Origin: Cycas panzhihuaensis | Taxonomy: Eukaryota > Plantae > Cycadophyta | DNA: 64,000 nucleotides | Direction of reading: 5' to 3' | Assembly (NCBI GenBank): GCA_023213395.1 | Contig: CM041465.1 | Span: 131,137,741 to 131,201,740, forward strand | Shown: positions 36,185 through 49,569 of the stretch, piece by piece | Layout: each line of letters begins with the position of its first letter | How positions within the stretch are numbered: the stretch's first letter is position 1 | The notes under the pieces: generated by a model | What the model saw: only the letters and a program-made list of their open reading frames with translations | Databases searched by the model: none | Told to the model about the DNA's origin: nothing | Position numbers and translations under genes: made by a program

Positions 36185-37129
36185 TGATCTAGGAGGATCT
36201 ACCATATGTCTACAAAAGGTAGAAAATTCTAGGTATTGGCACAACTAAAAGAAATAGAGCCAAATGGTGTTAGACTAATAGAATTTTTTATGGAAAGAAA
36301 GAAGACACATCCACTACATGTATGCAAAAGGTGGGGTTTAAAAAATATTATTTGATTAAATGGAAAGCCTTGTTTTACAGAAAATAGCTCTTACAACTAA
36401 CAAAAAATAACAAATACATACTATTATTAAATCAATAAAAATAGGGGCAAATGACATCCAAATGAGCTAAAATTTTGAGGAAGTAATGGGGACATGTGTA
36501 CCAAATTTAATCTTAATTGAAGTTTATTAGCCCTAGGTATCAAGCTATAAGTTTTCAAAATTACATGAATTCCACTCCGATAATATGCATTCTGGTTGTT
36601 AGTGATTGTACTTACATGAATGCCACTTGTTAAACATGTATTTTGGGTTTCTTTCTATAAATTAATCCATCTTGAGATTATTTATGATGTTGGAGACTTG
36701 GTTCTTATATGTAAGAGACACTTGACTTAGGAACAACATTGAGGTAGCACTTAGAAGGTTTTGGAAACCATGGAGGAGACAAATTCCAGCACTTCAAGTG
36801 TATATCTTAGAGAGTGGGAGCTTCATTAAAGGAGTATTAGAAAGTTGGAGGCCCCTTATAGTATTATTATATCATTTCTTCATTGTAACTTGCCTATTCT
36901 TTTGTAGTTATTTTCTCCACCATTAAATGGAGGTTTTTCTAGCTTAATAAAAGTATTATTCTTTTTCCCTTGGAGTAATAGCAAGTATGCATGAGTTGGT
37001 GTAGAATATCCTTTTATGGGATCACTCTTTTATTGATGTTAATTAAGAATTTGATACTAACACCCTAGGATCTCAAGGAAAGAGATAGATAATCAATTCC
37101 TTCACCAATCACACTCTACTTTGGGATCA
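36185..37129 (+). repeat. E 5' LTR (945 bp)
   Basis: Colinear with 47957-48915. Confidence 0.95.
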
Positions 37130-37263
37130 TATTTTTGGTATCAAAGCATGTGATCTTTGTTGTAGGGACCTGAATGGTACAAACAAGGAAAGGATACTAA
37201 GAGAAATGAGAAGCTTTTCTCATGTTGCAACCACTAAGAAGACAAAGAAAGAATCCAAGAACC

Positions 37264-39799
37264 ATGTCTAAAAAATAATATGGAGAAATCACATTTGAGA
37301 AGCTTGAGAAGAATGTAAAAGTTTTGATGCAAATGATGACCTAACTTCTACCTCTAGTTAAGGGTAAAGGCAAAGAGAAGGAAGTTGAAGGAGGATCCAT
37401 GAATGACCACAACCATAAAGAAGAAGAGGAGGAGACCTTAAAGCACTCATTTGAAGAAAGCAAGGGTACTTCATCTCATCAACTCTTCAAAGTGGAGGCA
37501 AAGTTGGACATTCCAACTTATGATGGAGAGGTAAATGCTGAAAAGTTAGACCATTGGTTAGATCAACTTGAAACCTACTTTACAATTTATGCTTATAGTA
37601 ATGCTCAAAAGCTTTTATTTGCTAGGCTCAAGTTATGCAAACATGCATTGATATGGTGGAATACATATTTGAAGACTCATGATGTATCTTCTTTTTCTTG
37701 GATGGATTTTAAGAAAGTAATAAAGAAGTAATACTACCCCATAGGTCATGAGTAAGACCAATGGGTCACTTGGCAATATTTATGCCAAGGGAGAGGTGTA
37801 TGTGTCCAAGATTATACTTCTTTATTTTTCAAGCATGGCATGTTACTTAGTATTAATATGGATGAACATAGCACTCTTATGAAATTCATTAGAGGATTAC
37901 ATGAATATATAAGGAAGGAACTAAGGCTTTTTAAGGTTTAATCCATTGGAGAAGTAAGTAAAATAGCTATTGCAATAGAAAGTAAAAGCAAAAGACCTAC
38001 ATTCATATCTAAAGATTCTGCTTTTACTTCTAATAAGTATGAAAAGAATCCTAAATTGCACTCATCTAAAAGGCAAAAAGGAAAGAAGGAAAAAACTAAT
38101 TTTATTTAAAGTTCTAACTATTGTAAGCATTGTGATATTAGTGGTCACATTGCAGCAAAGTGTTGGAAGTTTCATCTAAAGCTAAAGCCAAAGTATATTA
38201 AGGACATAAAATCAAGAAAGAAGGAAAAAGAGAAAGCAATACTTTCTGAGGTGGAGCTTCAAAATGAAGGAGAAGAATAGAAGGTTACTCTACTTACAAA
38301 TTATGGAGATGATACTATAAGGGAGGAATTATTTCACTTGAAGCTTTGAATAGGAAATAATACTATTGGTGCCATTATAAATCCAGGGACCCAAAAGAAT
38401 TTGATCTCAGAAAATTTGGTGGAGAGTCTAGGGTTGGTAACTACTCTTCACCCTCACCCATATCCTCTTGGTTAGATCTATAAAGATGTGGAAATACAAA
38501 TATCAAAGTAATATACACTTAAATTTTTCATCACTAATGATTTTGTTGATGAAGTAATATTTTATGTAGTACCATCAGATGTATGCCATGTTGTTCTTAG
38601 GAGTCCCTACTTGTGGGATTGAGATGCACTCTTCTATCGAAGGGAGAGAAAGTATTAGTTGATGAAGGATAACAAGGGCTTTATCATAAAGGCTACAAAG
38701 AAGTACTTAGATAAGATGACATTAATTTTAGCCACTCAAGCAAAAAGGATGATCATTGCATGTGGAAAATTTATCATCTTAATGGTAAGGAGCAAAGAAG
38801 AGCCAAGAGATGAAGGAGACCCTTCTACTTATACTCTTCTTGTATCACTTAAACAAATACAATAAATTAAGGAGTTGAAGAGAAGGTATGACATTCTATT
38901 TCAGCATGTTAATGGGTTATCCCCAAAGAGAAAGATAGAGCATGAAATCACTCTCGTAAGAGATGAATCATTACCTAATATTGTTTTGTATAGGCACTCC
39001 ATTGTAGAGAATAATAAGATAAAGAGGCAAGTTGAGGAGTTGCTTAATTAAGGGGTTATAAGACCTTCATGTTCACCTTGTAGGTCACCAATTGTCTTGG
39101 TGCCTAAGAAGGATGGAGGATGGAGAATGTGTGTAGACTTTTGTACTTTAAATAAAATCACAATTAAAAATTACTACCCCTTACCTCACCTAAATGATTT
39201 GTGTGATCAAATTCAACATGCTTATTATTTTACTAAGTTGGATTTGAAAAGTGGTTATCACCAAGTTAGGGTCAAAGAGGAGGAACATGGAAGATGGCCT
39301 TCAAAATAAAGCAAGGACTCTTTGAATGGATGGTTATGCCTTCTGTATTATGTAATGCTCCTGTAACATTTATGAAGCTAATGAATGAAGTGTTAAGGCC
39401 TTACTTGGATAATTTTATTGTTGTCTATCTTAATGACATTTTGATTTTTAGCAACATATAGGAGGAATCTTTGCAATACATAGAAGAAATTTTGCAGACT
39501 TTGGCTAAGCATCAATTGAAGCTTAATATGAAGAAGTGTGAATTTGGCAAGGAGAACTTGGTCTTCTTGGGCTTTGTGGTTGGAGGAGGAAAGTTGAGCA
39601 ATGATCTACTTAAGACTCAAGCCACCCTCAAATGGCCTAGGCCAACAAACACCGTGGAGGTGAGAAGTTTTCTAGGAGCTTATCAATACTTGAGAAAGTT
39701 TATTCTTCATTTCTCACAGGTTATAGCACCTCTACATGGATTAACAAAATTTAGTAAAAAGTTTACTTAGGGTTTTAAGGAGGAAGAAGTTTTTCTTCT
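37264..39799 (+). pseudogene. E gag, protease and reverse transcriptase
   Basis: KVEAKLDIPTYDGEVNAEKLDHWLDQLETYF; CKHCDISGHIAAKC; AIINPGTQKNLI; KKDGGWRMCVDF, FTKLDLKSGYHQVR, VVYLNDILIFS. Confidence 0.93.
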
Positions 39800-42700
39800 T
39801 ATTGAGGAACATGAAACCATACACAAATGTTCCCATACACAGGATCTTTAACCATACATAGCAAGCAACAAATTGAAAACATAGAAAAATAGATACATAG
39901 TACATAGGTATTTACATGGGAAAGCCTTTCGAGAAAAAACCCACCATAAAGAGGATCCTTAATGGACCACCTGATATTACACAATGAATACTTGGATCAT
40001 GAATATACAAGGCCTCAAGGCATTTATACTCTCCAAGAGGTATCACACAATTAGGGTTTTGACCCTCCAAATAAGTTGCATCTTTTGGCTTCATACCTTT
40101 TCACTTAATTAAACCACATTAATATTAACTAAGTGGCTTAATAATTAATTGCCATATTAACATCCCCCTTAATGTGAATGTGGGGAACCTGCAATGTATA
40201 GCAGCTAAATTATCATGAAGGCTGAGACTATCCTGCAACTTCTTTATCCTTGTCGATACATCCCTCCTCAAGGATAACATCGGTGAGTCCTAATCTGGTA
40301 GGCATCTTCGTGAATTGATCTTCAGTGAGAGGCTTGGTGAACATGCCGGTAAGCTGTAATTCACTCAAATAATAGTCAACCTGTAGCTTCTCTAACTTGA
40401 TCTATTCATGAATGTAATAGTGTTGAATCTCGATATGCTTCGTACGTGCATGAAACTCTAGATTCTTCGACAAATGAATGGTATTTTGATTATCAACAAA
40501 GAGACTCTAAAAGACCTTGCAACTATACTACTTCTTTCACACCAGCATTGAGTCCTTGATATTCTTCTTTTGTAGAAGATAGCACCACTATCTACTACTT
40601 CTTTGACTACCACGAAATAAATCCATTACCAATACTAATAGGTATTTAGCAATGGACTTCTAATCGACAGAATCTCCTCCCCAATCAGCATCTGTGTAGC
40701 CATGTAACCTGATCTTCTCACCTCTACAGTATTCAAGACCAAGATTGATTGTTCATTTTAGATATTTCAGAATCTACTTTGCTGTCACCAAATGAGGCTC
40801 CTGAGGATTCTACATGTAGCGAAAATAATCCAACAACATAGGCGATATTTGGCCTAGTATAAGTCAAATAGATAAGACTCCCTACCAACTGGCAATACTT
40901 AGTACCATCTACAGAAGGTTGGGCCATGTCCTTCTACAATCTTGTACCTTTTACACATGGTATAGTAACAAGTTTGTAGTACCACATTCTAAATCTCTCC
41001 AGTAAGTTCTTCACATACTGTGATTGCAACAACACGATCATATCCTCTATCTACCTGATTTGTATGCCCAAGAAATAGTGAAGTTCATTGAGATTTTTCA
41101 TGTCAAATAAAGCTCCCAAATTGGATTTAACTTCAGCTATAGCCTTGCCATGATTATTGTTAATTATTAGATCATCCACATACACCACGCAAGCAAATAC
41201 GGAAGCCCCTCTTCTCTTCACATACAGGTTCGGGCCGAGTTCTGAAATTTTAAAACCTTTAGCTTTCAACTTGGCATCCATCTTCTCATACCAAGCATAA
41301 GGTGCTTGTTTCAGGCCATAGATTGACTTTTTCAAATGGTAAACAATATGCTTCTTGCCATCCTTAATAAATCCCAGAGGCTGCGATATATATATCTCCT
41401 CCTTTATATCCCTATTAAGGAAAGCAGACTTAACGTCCATCTAGTGTAACTCCTAATTAAATGTAGCTGCTAAGGAAATGACTAAGTGGACCATTTTCAT
41501 TCTAGAGACTAGTGTAAACATCTCTTCGTAGTCAATTCCTTCTTTATGTTTGAATCCCTACGCAACAAATCTAGCCTTGTACTTATCCACCTCTCTATCA
41601 GAATGAAACTTTATCTTATAGACCCACTTATATCCTACAAGGTTCTTCGACAGAGGGAGTAGAACCAAATCCCATATATCATTCTTCATTAGATAACCAT
41701 ACTCTTCCTCTATTGCAGCTCTCCATCGTGGATCTCCTTTCACTTTAGCAAACGAATCAGGATCACTGGTGTCATTGGTGTCTACCAGTAGAGTTCGATT
41801 GGCATGTTAACTTCTAGTTCGTTTATGATCAGTTAGGGTTTGTATCACCATACCAGAATCTTTAAGAGTTTTCCTTGCCCATAAAGGCATAGAAGGACCC
41901 ATTGCTGGAAGTACTTCTTCTCACGGTGGCTCCTCACTATTACTCGTCCCACTCGATCCTACTTCCCCAGGTGCCACAACGATTAGTTCATCATCCTCTT
42001 CGCTTGAAGAATCTGGGAATGGGAGAAGGGGAGGGTAAAAAGGTTACTCTGATGATCTTTTAGCATGATATGTCAATGACTCATCAAATTTAATATCCCG
42101 ACTGACCACAATCTTTTCCCCATGTGGATCCCATAGTCTGTAGGCTTTGTTCTCCATGCAATACCCCATGAATATGCACTTTAGACTTTTTTTATCCAAC
42201 TTCTTACAGGTATCACCAGGGATGTGGGCATACGCAATACACCCAAATGTTCTTAAATGGCTAATGGTAGGCTTCCAACCAGTCCATTTCTCTTCATGGG
42301 TTATGCTACGAACTACCCGAGTGGGTACCATGTTCAAAATATAAACAATAGTCACCACAACTTCTGCCCAAAGCTTCGGTGGCAAGTTTTAAGCATGCAC
42401 CATACACCTCGTCATCTCCATCATGGTATGGTTCTTTCTTTTAGCAACTCCATTCTGTTGTGGGGTATACGAGACTATAAACTCCTGCTTTACACCATGG
42501 TTATAACAGAACTGATTGAACGCATGATTGTTGTACTCCTTGCCATTATCACTTTGTAAAGATTTTATTTTCTTATCACTTTCATTTTCAACCATCACTT
42601 TCCACTTATGGAAGCGATCAAATACGTTTGACTTATTCTTGAGAAAATAAACCTATGCTTTCCTTGTGTAATCATCCACAAACACAAGTGTATATCAAGC

Positions 42701-45700
42701 TCCTGATATCAAAGGGTTGGAAGTGGTCCTATAATATCTGAGTGCACAAGCTCTAACTTCTCCTTGGCTCTCTAGGCATTATCTTAAGCAAAAGGATAGC
42801 AATAATGTTTGCCATACATGCACCCTTCGCATACACCATCTCGAAAGCAAGGCTAGATCCTTCCACCATCTTCAACCTCTTCAGTAGTCAAATACTCCTA
42901 TAATTAAGATGCCTAAGGTGATTGTGCCACAGTTTAATTTCGTCATTCGCACTAGCAACAAAGGGCATAGGACTTCTTCTGAGATTGAAATTTCTCAAAC
43001 ACCTAGAAGTTGTCCCTGACTTTCCTGGTAGCTATGATAGCAAAGTTCTGTTTTGGGTCCTTTATCAGGCACTTATCATTATAGAGATCCACTTTCATAC
43101 CTTATTTGTAGATCTCCCAAGCAGAGAGAAGGTTTAACTGCACCTTAGATACATAATATACCCTGAAAAACTTACTTCCTATAATGAAAACTTCACCGAT
43201 ACCATCTACCAGCAATATGTAAGCATCTCCAAGAACAATCTCAACACCACTTTGATTTGCTTTCAACGTACCAAAGTTCTGTCTTTGGTAAGAGATGTAC
43301 TTCTATGCTCCAGAATCTAGCACCCAATAGTCTCTCCAATCTGATTCGGCTGACAAGGTCTATGCTTGGATGCAATAAGCAGCAACACTCTTTCCTTTAT
43401 CATCCTGGTTACCTTTTCACTTGTCACGACACTTGAACCAACAATTCTTTTCGCGATGACCATCCTTCTTGCAATAATTTCACTTTCTATTAAACTTCTT
43501 CTTGTCTCGAGAGCTTTCTCTTGACCACTGTGTGAACTTCTCCTCCTTAGGGGCCTCCTTCCTCTAAGTTTTCATGGCTAAGGCCTGACTTGAACCAGAA
43601 CCTCTAAGCAATCCATGATGTTTTAGCTTGGCATCCTCTACTAGAATTAGGTTTTTAAGCCCATCAAAAGTTTCTGCTTCCATCACTTCATCTCTACCAT
43701 AAATGGTCTGGAATGTGATGAATGCAGTTAGCAGCTTCGGCATGATTATCGCAAACAAAAGCACATCATCGATCGAGTTCTGCTTCAATTCTTCTAGCTT
43801 ATTCCTCAAGTTGGTTATTTTATTTAGGTAGGAGTTGATATTATTCTCATCTTTAATTTTTGAATTGAGTAGTTCCAACATCAGTGCAAGACACCTATTC
43901 GTCTTCTTCTTCTCAAAAGTATCACACAACTATGTCTAAATCTCAGCTAGGTCATCCAGATTATGAACCAGTGCTCTATGGTCTGACGCCTGTGAGAGTT
44001 TCAGTAATCCAATGGCCATAAACTACTTCTCTTCAAGTTTGATATGCTCATTATGGTCAAGTGGAACTGAAACAAGCTTCACCTTGGTGATTCCCCAGAG
44101 TTAGTTCACCATCAATATAAGCTCCATATTAGCCTTCCATTCGTTGAAATTATAACCGTTAAAGATAACCTTAGGTATAAACTTCTCCATCTCAAACAAC
44201 AGGCTACAATATGAATCACACGACACCAGACGAATGTATTAAGGATGAAAATGCACCCATTTGTCCTCTTCTGCCTCACGAGCACACTTCTAAAGGCACC
44301 CAACACAAATTATACCCACGTTAAGTGAACCATTGATTGTTTATGTCTCCTTATCCATCAACAAACGACCTTAAATAGCCATTAAATATCACAACCGACA
44401 CTCACAATGGCTACAAATATGTACTCTAGAATAAAGGATGACTCCACGCGATGATGGTGTACGATCTCCAAGTCAGAAAACCACAAAAAATGCCTCGATA
44501 CCCACTAAAAATGGCTCAAGGACGCTTCAAATATTATCAAAACACTTCACCTGAGGTAAATATTACCAAGTATTAATGGTATAAAGGGTCACTTTTATAT
44601 TTTTACATTAAGGGGAATATGCCAAAAGGTATATTCCCAAAAAGTGTGACTTTTTGTAAATAATTGCCCCTTATAACTAATAGCACGTGCTTTTAAAGAT
44701 CACCAAAATATATTATTGATGTTCCTAAGTTAAAAACTTGGTAATAACATCAAAAATTTGATGAGTAAAAGTCGCAAGACATGTTATGAGGAGGTGTGGC
44801 CGCCGCTTCTTATCTTTAGCTAATGCATATTCAAACGAATGGGTGGACACTGAAATAAGACTCCCATGCACATGTATGGCTAGTAAACAATCCAATAACA
44901 GCCCAGCACTCTCTTAAGCATGTGCAATCATCAGAATATGCATCCAACCATCATCACAAAGTGCCTAGCCAACACAAGTTGCGCCCAAACAGTGTGAACA
45001 ATGCTTAATCATTGAGGACAACACCCAGTCATTATTAAATGGACCCAAAATAGTAGCAAATCAAACTAGCCAGCTCTCAAACATACCTAGGCATGTTAAT
45101 AAATACCTGGCCAGCCTTTTTATAGTTGCCTTAAGCTTTATATATGTACACGAGTCTCTAAAATCCTCATAACTACAAAAAAAAATAATGAAAATAGCCT
45201 TTTACTACTCTAAACTTTAACCCAGCACTTATATTTAGATAGAAAATAGTTAATTTAGCCTTCAATCACGTCCACTCATGCTTACACAAAGGTTTGATAG
45301 CAAGCAGTACCAAAAATGACCCTTTTTTAACTGATTTTTATAGTATTTTGATGAGGAATATAGTAAACTTACATGTACACATGCTTAGCTATCCTTAAAG
45401 TCGTTGAATTACTATCAGTGTGTGTTCTACTCACTTGAATCACTTCAACAGATGATACTAACTCCAATAACCCTTACACTTCGTTGAATAGTGATCTCCA
45501 CTGCTCCAAAAATCATTGATTTTTTTCTGTACCTGCTTCTACATGATGCTGGGGTTGATGGACCCTCAAGACTCATCTTGGGTCAGACAACGTCACACGG
45601 CAACCAACGATCACACTGCCTTGCTCACCATCAAGCTTTAGTTATGCAGGGCTTTATCGCTCTGATACCATGTTTGGGAACATGAAATCAAAAATAAATG

Positions 45701-46033
45701 TTCCCATACATAGGATCTTTAACCATACACAGTAAGCAACAAATAGATAACACAGAAAAATAGATGCACAGTACACAGGTATTTACGTGGGAAACCCTTT
45801 CTGGGAAAAACCCATCACAAAGAGGATCCTTGATAGATCACTTGATATTATGTAATGAATACTTAGATCATGAATATACAGGGCCTCAAGGCATTTATAC
45901 TCTCCAAGAGGTGTCACACGATTAGGGTTGTGACCCTCCGAATAATTCGCACCTTTTGGCTTCATACCTTTTCACTCAATTAAACTACATTAACATTAAC
46001 TAAGTGGCTTAATAATTAGCTACCACGTTAACA
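39800..46033 (-). mobile_element. Element I: Ty1/copia LTR retrotransposon inserted at the RT/RNase H junction of E
   Basis: 363-bp LTRs at 39800-40162 and 45671-46033; perfect TSD CTTCT (39795-39799, 46034-46038); perfect tRNA-iMet PBS at 45659-45670; PPT AAGGGGGA at 40163-40170. Confidence 0.96.
40240..44150 (-). pseudogene. Copia gag-pol (gag, PR, IN, RT, RH)
   Basis: CNYCKKDGHREKNC; WVLDSGA; LQSDNGKEY, YTPQQNGVA; KWVYKIK..YKARFVA; MDVKSAFL, LKKSIYGLKQAP, VYVDDL; GYTDADW, RTKHIEIQHY. Confidence 0.95.
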
Positions 46034-46038
46034 CTTCT

Positions 46039-47916
46039 TTTAAAGAAGACAATTTATAAAGCACCAATCTTAGAAATGGAAATGGAAACTGATGTAAGTA
46101 GAAATGCAATGGGAGCTATCCTTATTCAAGATGAGAAACCTATTGCTTACCATTCAAAAGTCTTCACCCCTTAAGTGAGAAACTACCTAACATATGATCA
46201 AGAAATATTCACACTACATCAAGCATACAAGCATTGGAGGTCCTACTTACTTGGAAAAGAGGTTGTAGTTCATAACGATCATAAGCCTCTTCAATTTTCG
46301 CAAACCCAAAGTAAATTATAATAAGCAAGACACATGAAGCAGATGAGTTATTTACAATAATTCAATACTGTAATTAAGTACAAATAGGGATCTACTAACA
46401 AAATTGTTGATATGTTATCTATACCACCTTATTCCACTTCTTCTTCTTCTACTTTTATTTGTAGTTCTCTTATGAATTTGCAAGTGGAGCCAATGTATCA
46501 TAAAGAGTACAAAGACTTGTACCATGAAGATGAAGCCTTGAAAGAAGAATTGGAGAATCTAGTAAAAAGAAGACCTTGCCAACTTACTTGGAAGGATGGT
46601 CTACTTTTCAAAGGATAACAACTCTATATTCCATCAAAAGGAGACAAGATCAAGTGGCCTAAAGAAGCCCATACTTCTAAAGTAGCTGGTCACTTTAGTA
46701 TAGAGAAGACTTTAGCAAACTTGAGAAGATATGTAAGAAAATATATAAAAGGATATGTAATGTGTAATACTTCTAAGCCTTCTTCTAGAAAATTAGGATT
46801 GTATACACCACTACCTATTCCCACTAGGCCTTGGGAAAGTATCTCCATAGATTTCTTAGGGGGACTTCCCATGACGAGAAAGGGACATGACTATCTCTTT
46901 ATTGTTATAGATAAGTTTAGTAAGATGATATGTTTAATACCTTGTAAGAAGATAATCACAGGAATAGGGGAAGTTGAGTTGTTCTTTGAGCATGTATGGA
47001 AGAATTTTAGCTTGACTTCTGCCATCATTTTAGATCAGGACACTTGATTCCTTTCATCACTTTAGAAGATACTATGGGAGATGATGAACACCAAATTGAA
47101 TAGGAGTACAAGTTTCCATCTTCAAACAGATGGACAAACCAAAGAGTAAACAAAACTTTGGTACATTTATTGAGGGGATACAATTCCAAGCATCCAAAGA
47201 CTTGGGATGAATCATTGTCTTTTCTACAATTTGTATTTAATAGGGCAATGCATGCATCACACTCTAAAGTACCTTTTGAAGTTTGTTTGAGATACTTTCC
47301 TCAAAGTCCATTTGACTTAGAGTTTTCCATACAAGCTAAGAAAGGATCTGCCAAAGAGGAGGGGTATGACAAGGCTTTAAGATACTTGGAGAAGATCAAG
47401 AGAGTCCACAAAGAAGTACATGATCAACTTCTAAGGACTTAGTAAAAGTACAAGGAATGACATGACAAGCATAGGCGAGAGTGTACTTTTCAAGAAGGAG
47501 ATTTGGTATGGTTATACTTGAGTAAGGAGAGGTTGAAAGGATAAGGCAAGAAACTCAAACCTATAAGGTATGGACCATTCAAGATTTTGAGAAAAGTAGG
47601 TGGCAATGCTTTCCAACTTGATCTTCCACCTTATATGTAAATATATTTAGTAGTAAATGCTAAATATTTAAAACTCTTTGATCCCTCCATGCTAGATGAG
47701 GAGCAGGACCAGTTTACTTTGCCTTCAGTTAATGACTTGTATTTGGAAAATGAGAAGCCTCTCAAGGAGGATTGTATCTTGGAGAGAAAATCCACCAAAA
47801 TAAGACATAAGACACATGAATCTTTTAGGATTAGAGTAGCAAGATAATTACCTAGTAAAGCCAAGTGGTTTAGTAGGCAACAAGGGGAAAAACACTTCCC
47901 CCATCTTGAATTATAA
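46039..47916 (+). pseudogene. pol: E RNase H and integrase with degenerate chromodomain-like tail
   Basis: ETDVSRNAMGAILIQ, HNDHKPL; RPWESISIDFLGGLP, DKFSKM, QTDGQT; RYGPFKIL; ILERKSTKIRH...LPSKAKWFSR. Confidence 0.93.
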
Positions 47917-47956
47917 GCCAAATAAGAGTTGGTTGTTTTCCAAGGAAGGGGAGCCA

Positions 47957-48915
47957 TGATCCAGGACGATCTACCATATATCAATAGGAGGCAGAAAATG
48001 CTAGACATTGGCATAACTAAAATAAATAGGGCCAAATGGTGTTATACTAATATGAAAATTTATGGAAAGGAAGAAGAAACATCCCACTACATATTTGCAA
48101 AAGTTGAGGTTCAAAAAATGGCATTTGATTAAACAGAAAGTCTTGTTTTGCAGAAAATAGCTCCCATAGCCAACAGAAAAATAACAAATACATACTATTG
48201 TTAAATCAATGAAAATATGGGAAAATGATATCCAAATAAACTAAAATTTTGAAGAAGTAAAGGGGACGTGTATACCTATATGTGTACCAAATATGAGCTT
48301 AATTGGAGTTTGTTAGCCTTAGGTACCAAGCCACAACTTTTTAGAATTACATGAATGCCACTTGGATAACATGCATTCTAGTCGTTAATGATTGTACTTG
48401 TATGAATGCCACTTGTTAAATATGTATTTTAGGTTTCTTTATATAAATTAAGCCCTCTTTAACTCATTTACAATGTTAGAGACTTGGTTCTTATGTGTGT
48501 GAGACACTTGACTTGGGAGTAACATTGAGGTAGCACTTGGAAGGTTTTGGAGACCATAGAGGAGGCAAATTTTAGCACTTCAAGCATCCATCTTGGAGAG
48601 TGGGAGCTTCATTGAAGAAGTCTTAAGAAGTTGGAGGGCCCTTGTGGTATTATTATATTATTTATTCATTGTAACTTGCCTATTCTTTACTAGTTATTTT
48701 CTCCACCATTAAATGAACGTTTTTCTAGCTTAATATAAGTATTATTCACCTTCCCTTAGAGTAATGATAAGTATGCATGAGTTGGTGTAGAATATCCTTT
48801 TATGGGCTCACTCTTTTATTGACGTTAATTGGGGATTTTACACTAACACCCTAGGATCTCAAGGAAAGAGATTGGTAGTTGATTCCTTCACCAATCACTC
48901 TCTACTTTGAGATCA
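47957..48915 (+). repeat. E 3' LTR (959 bp)
   Basis: Colinear with 36185-37129. Confidence 0.95.
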
Positions 48916-48920
48916 ATGCT

Positions 48921-49200
48921 TCATCTTTACTGTGACCTATTATTTTATCATTCACTCACCTATTTCATCTATTATATACATAGCAAATTCATTTCCTAAC
49001 ATGGTATTAAAGCCATGATTTATTTTCCAAATGTTGGGTTGAACATACTAACTCTAATAGCAAATTCATCTATTATATACATAGCAAATTCATTTCCTAA
49101 CATGGTATTAAAGCCATGATTTATTTTCCAACATTTGCTATTAGAGTTAGTATGTTCAACCCAACATTGAGCATTAGAACCTCCATCTTATTTCTCAACA
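48921..49200 (+). repeat. G 3' LTR, second part, containing a local duplication-inversion
   Basis: Aligns with about 925-1105. Perfect 67-bp direct repeat 48964-49030 / 49065-49131 and perfect 36-bp inverted repeat 49030-49065 / 49133-49168. Confidence 0.88.
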
Positions 49201-49569
49201 CTTAACACGATGTATTTATAATAAAAAATGATATTTTTTACTCCCCTAATATTGTCTAAGATGAGGAAGCAATTCTTGAATTTCTATATAGCAAAGATGT
49301 ACCACTAGATGATTTTCATCATAAACATGGTCATTCTTTCCTCTCTTTTTTTTGGATGGATTTGATTTGATTATTCTTTAAGAGGAATTGCATACTTCTT
49401 ATTCATATTATGTTCTACATGCTATATTTGCTACTTAATCATCATAATTTTACGAAATTAATGATATTTTACTTCTTACTCTTGAACCTTTTGAGGAAGG
49501 TAATTTAATATTTATTTCATAAATGATTGACGCTAATATATCAACATCATCTACCCTTTAAATTATCTA

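Larger units (their letters stand above)
36185..48915 (+). mobile_element. Element E: chromovirus (CRM-like) Ty3/gypsy LTR retrotransposon inserted in the G 3' LTR
   Basis: LTRs 36185-37129 and 47957-48915 with TGAT..ATCA ends; perfect TSD ATGCT (36180-36184, 48916-48920); PBS TGGTATCAAAGC at 37136-37147; PPT AAGGAAGGGGAG. Confidence 0.95.
687..49200 (+). mobile_element. Element G: non-autonomous LTR retrotransposon hosting A, D and E
   Basis: Similar LTRs at 687-1105 and 36012-36184+48921-49200 (TGTTGGGTATAATACC / TGTTAGGTATAATACC ... CCAATA / TCAACA). TSD CTTAG (682-686) / CTTAA (49201-49205). PPT AAAGGGGAA at 36003-36011. Own internal sequence is only about 3 kb (1121-2667, 27505-27889, 34969-36011) with no recognisable pol. 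Confidence 0.85.
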
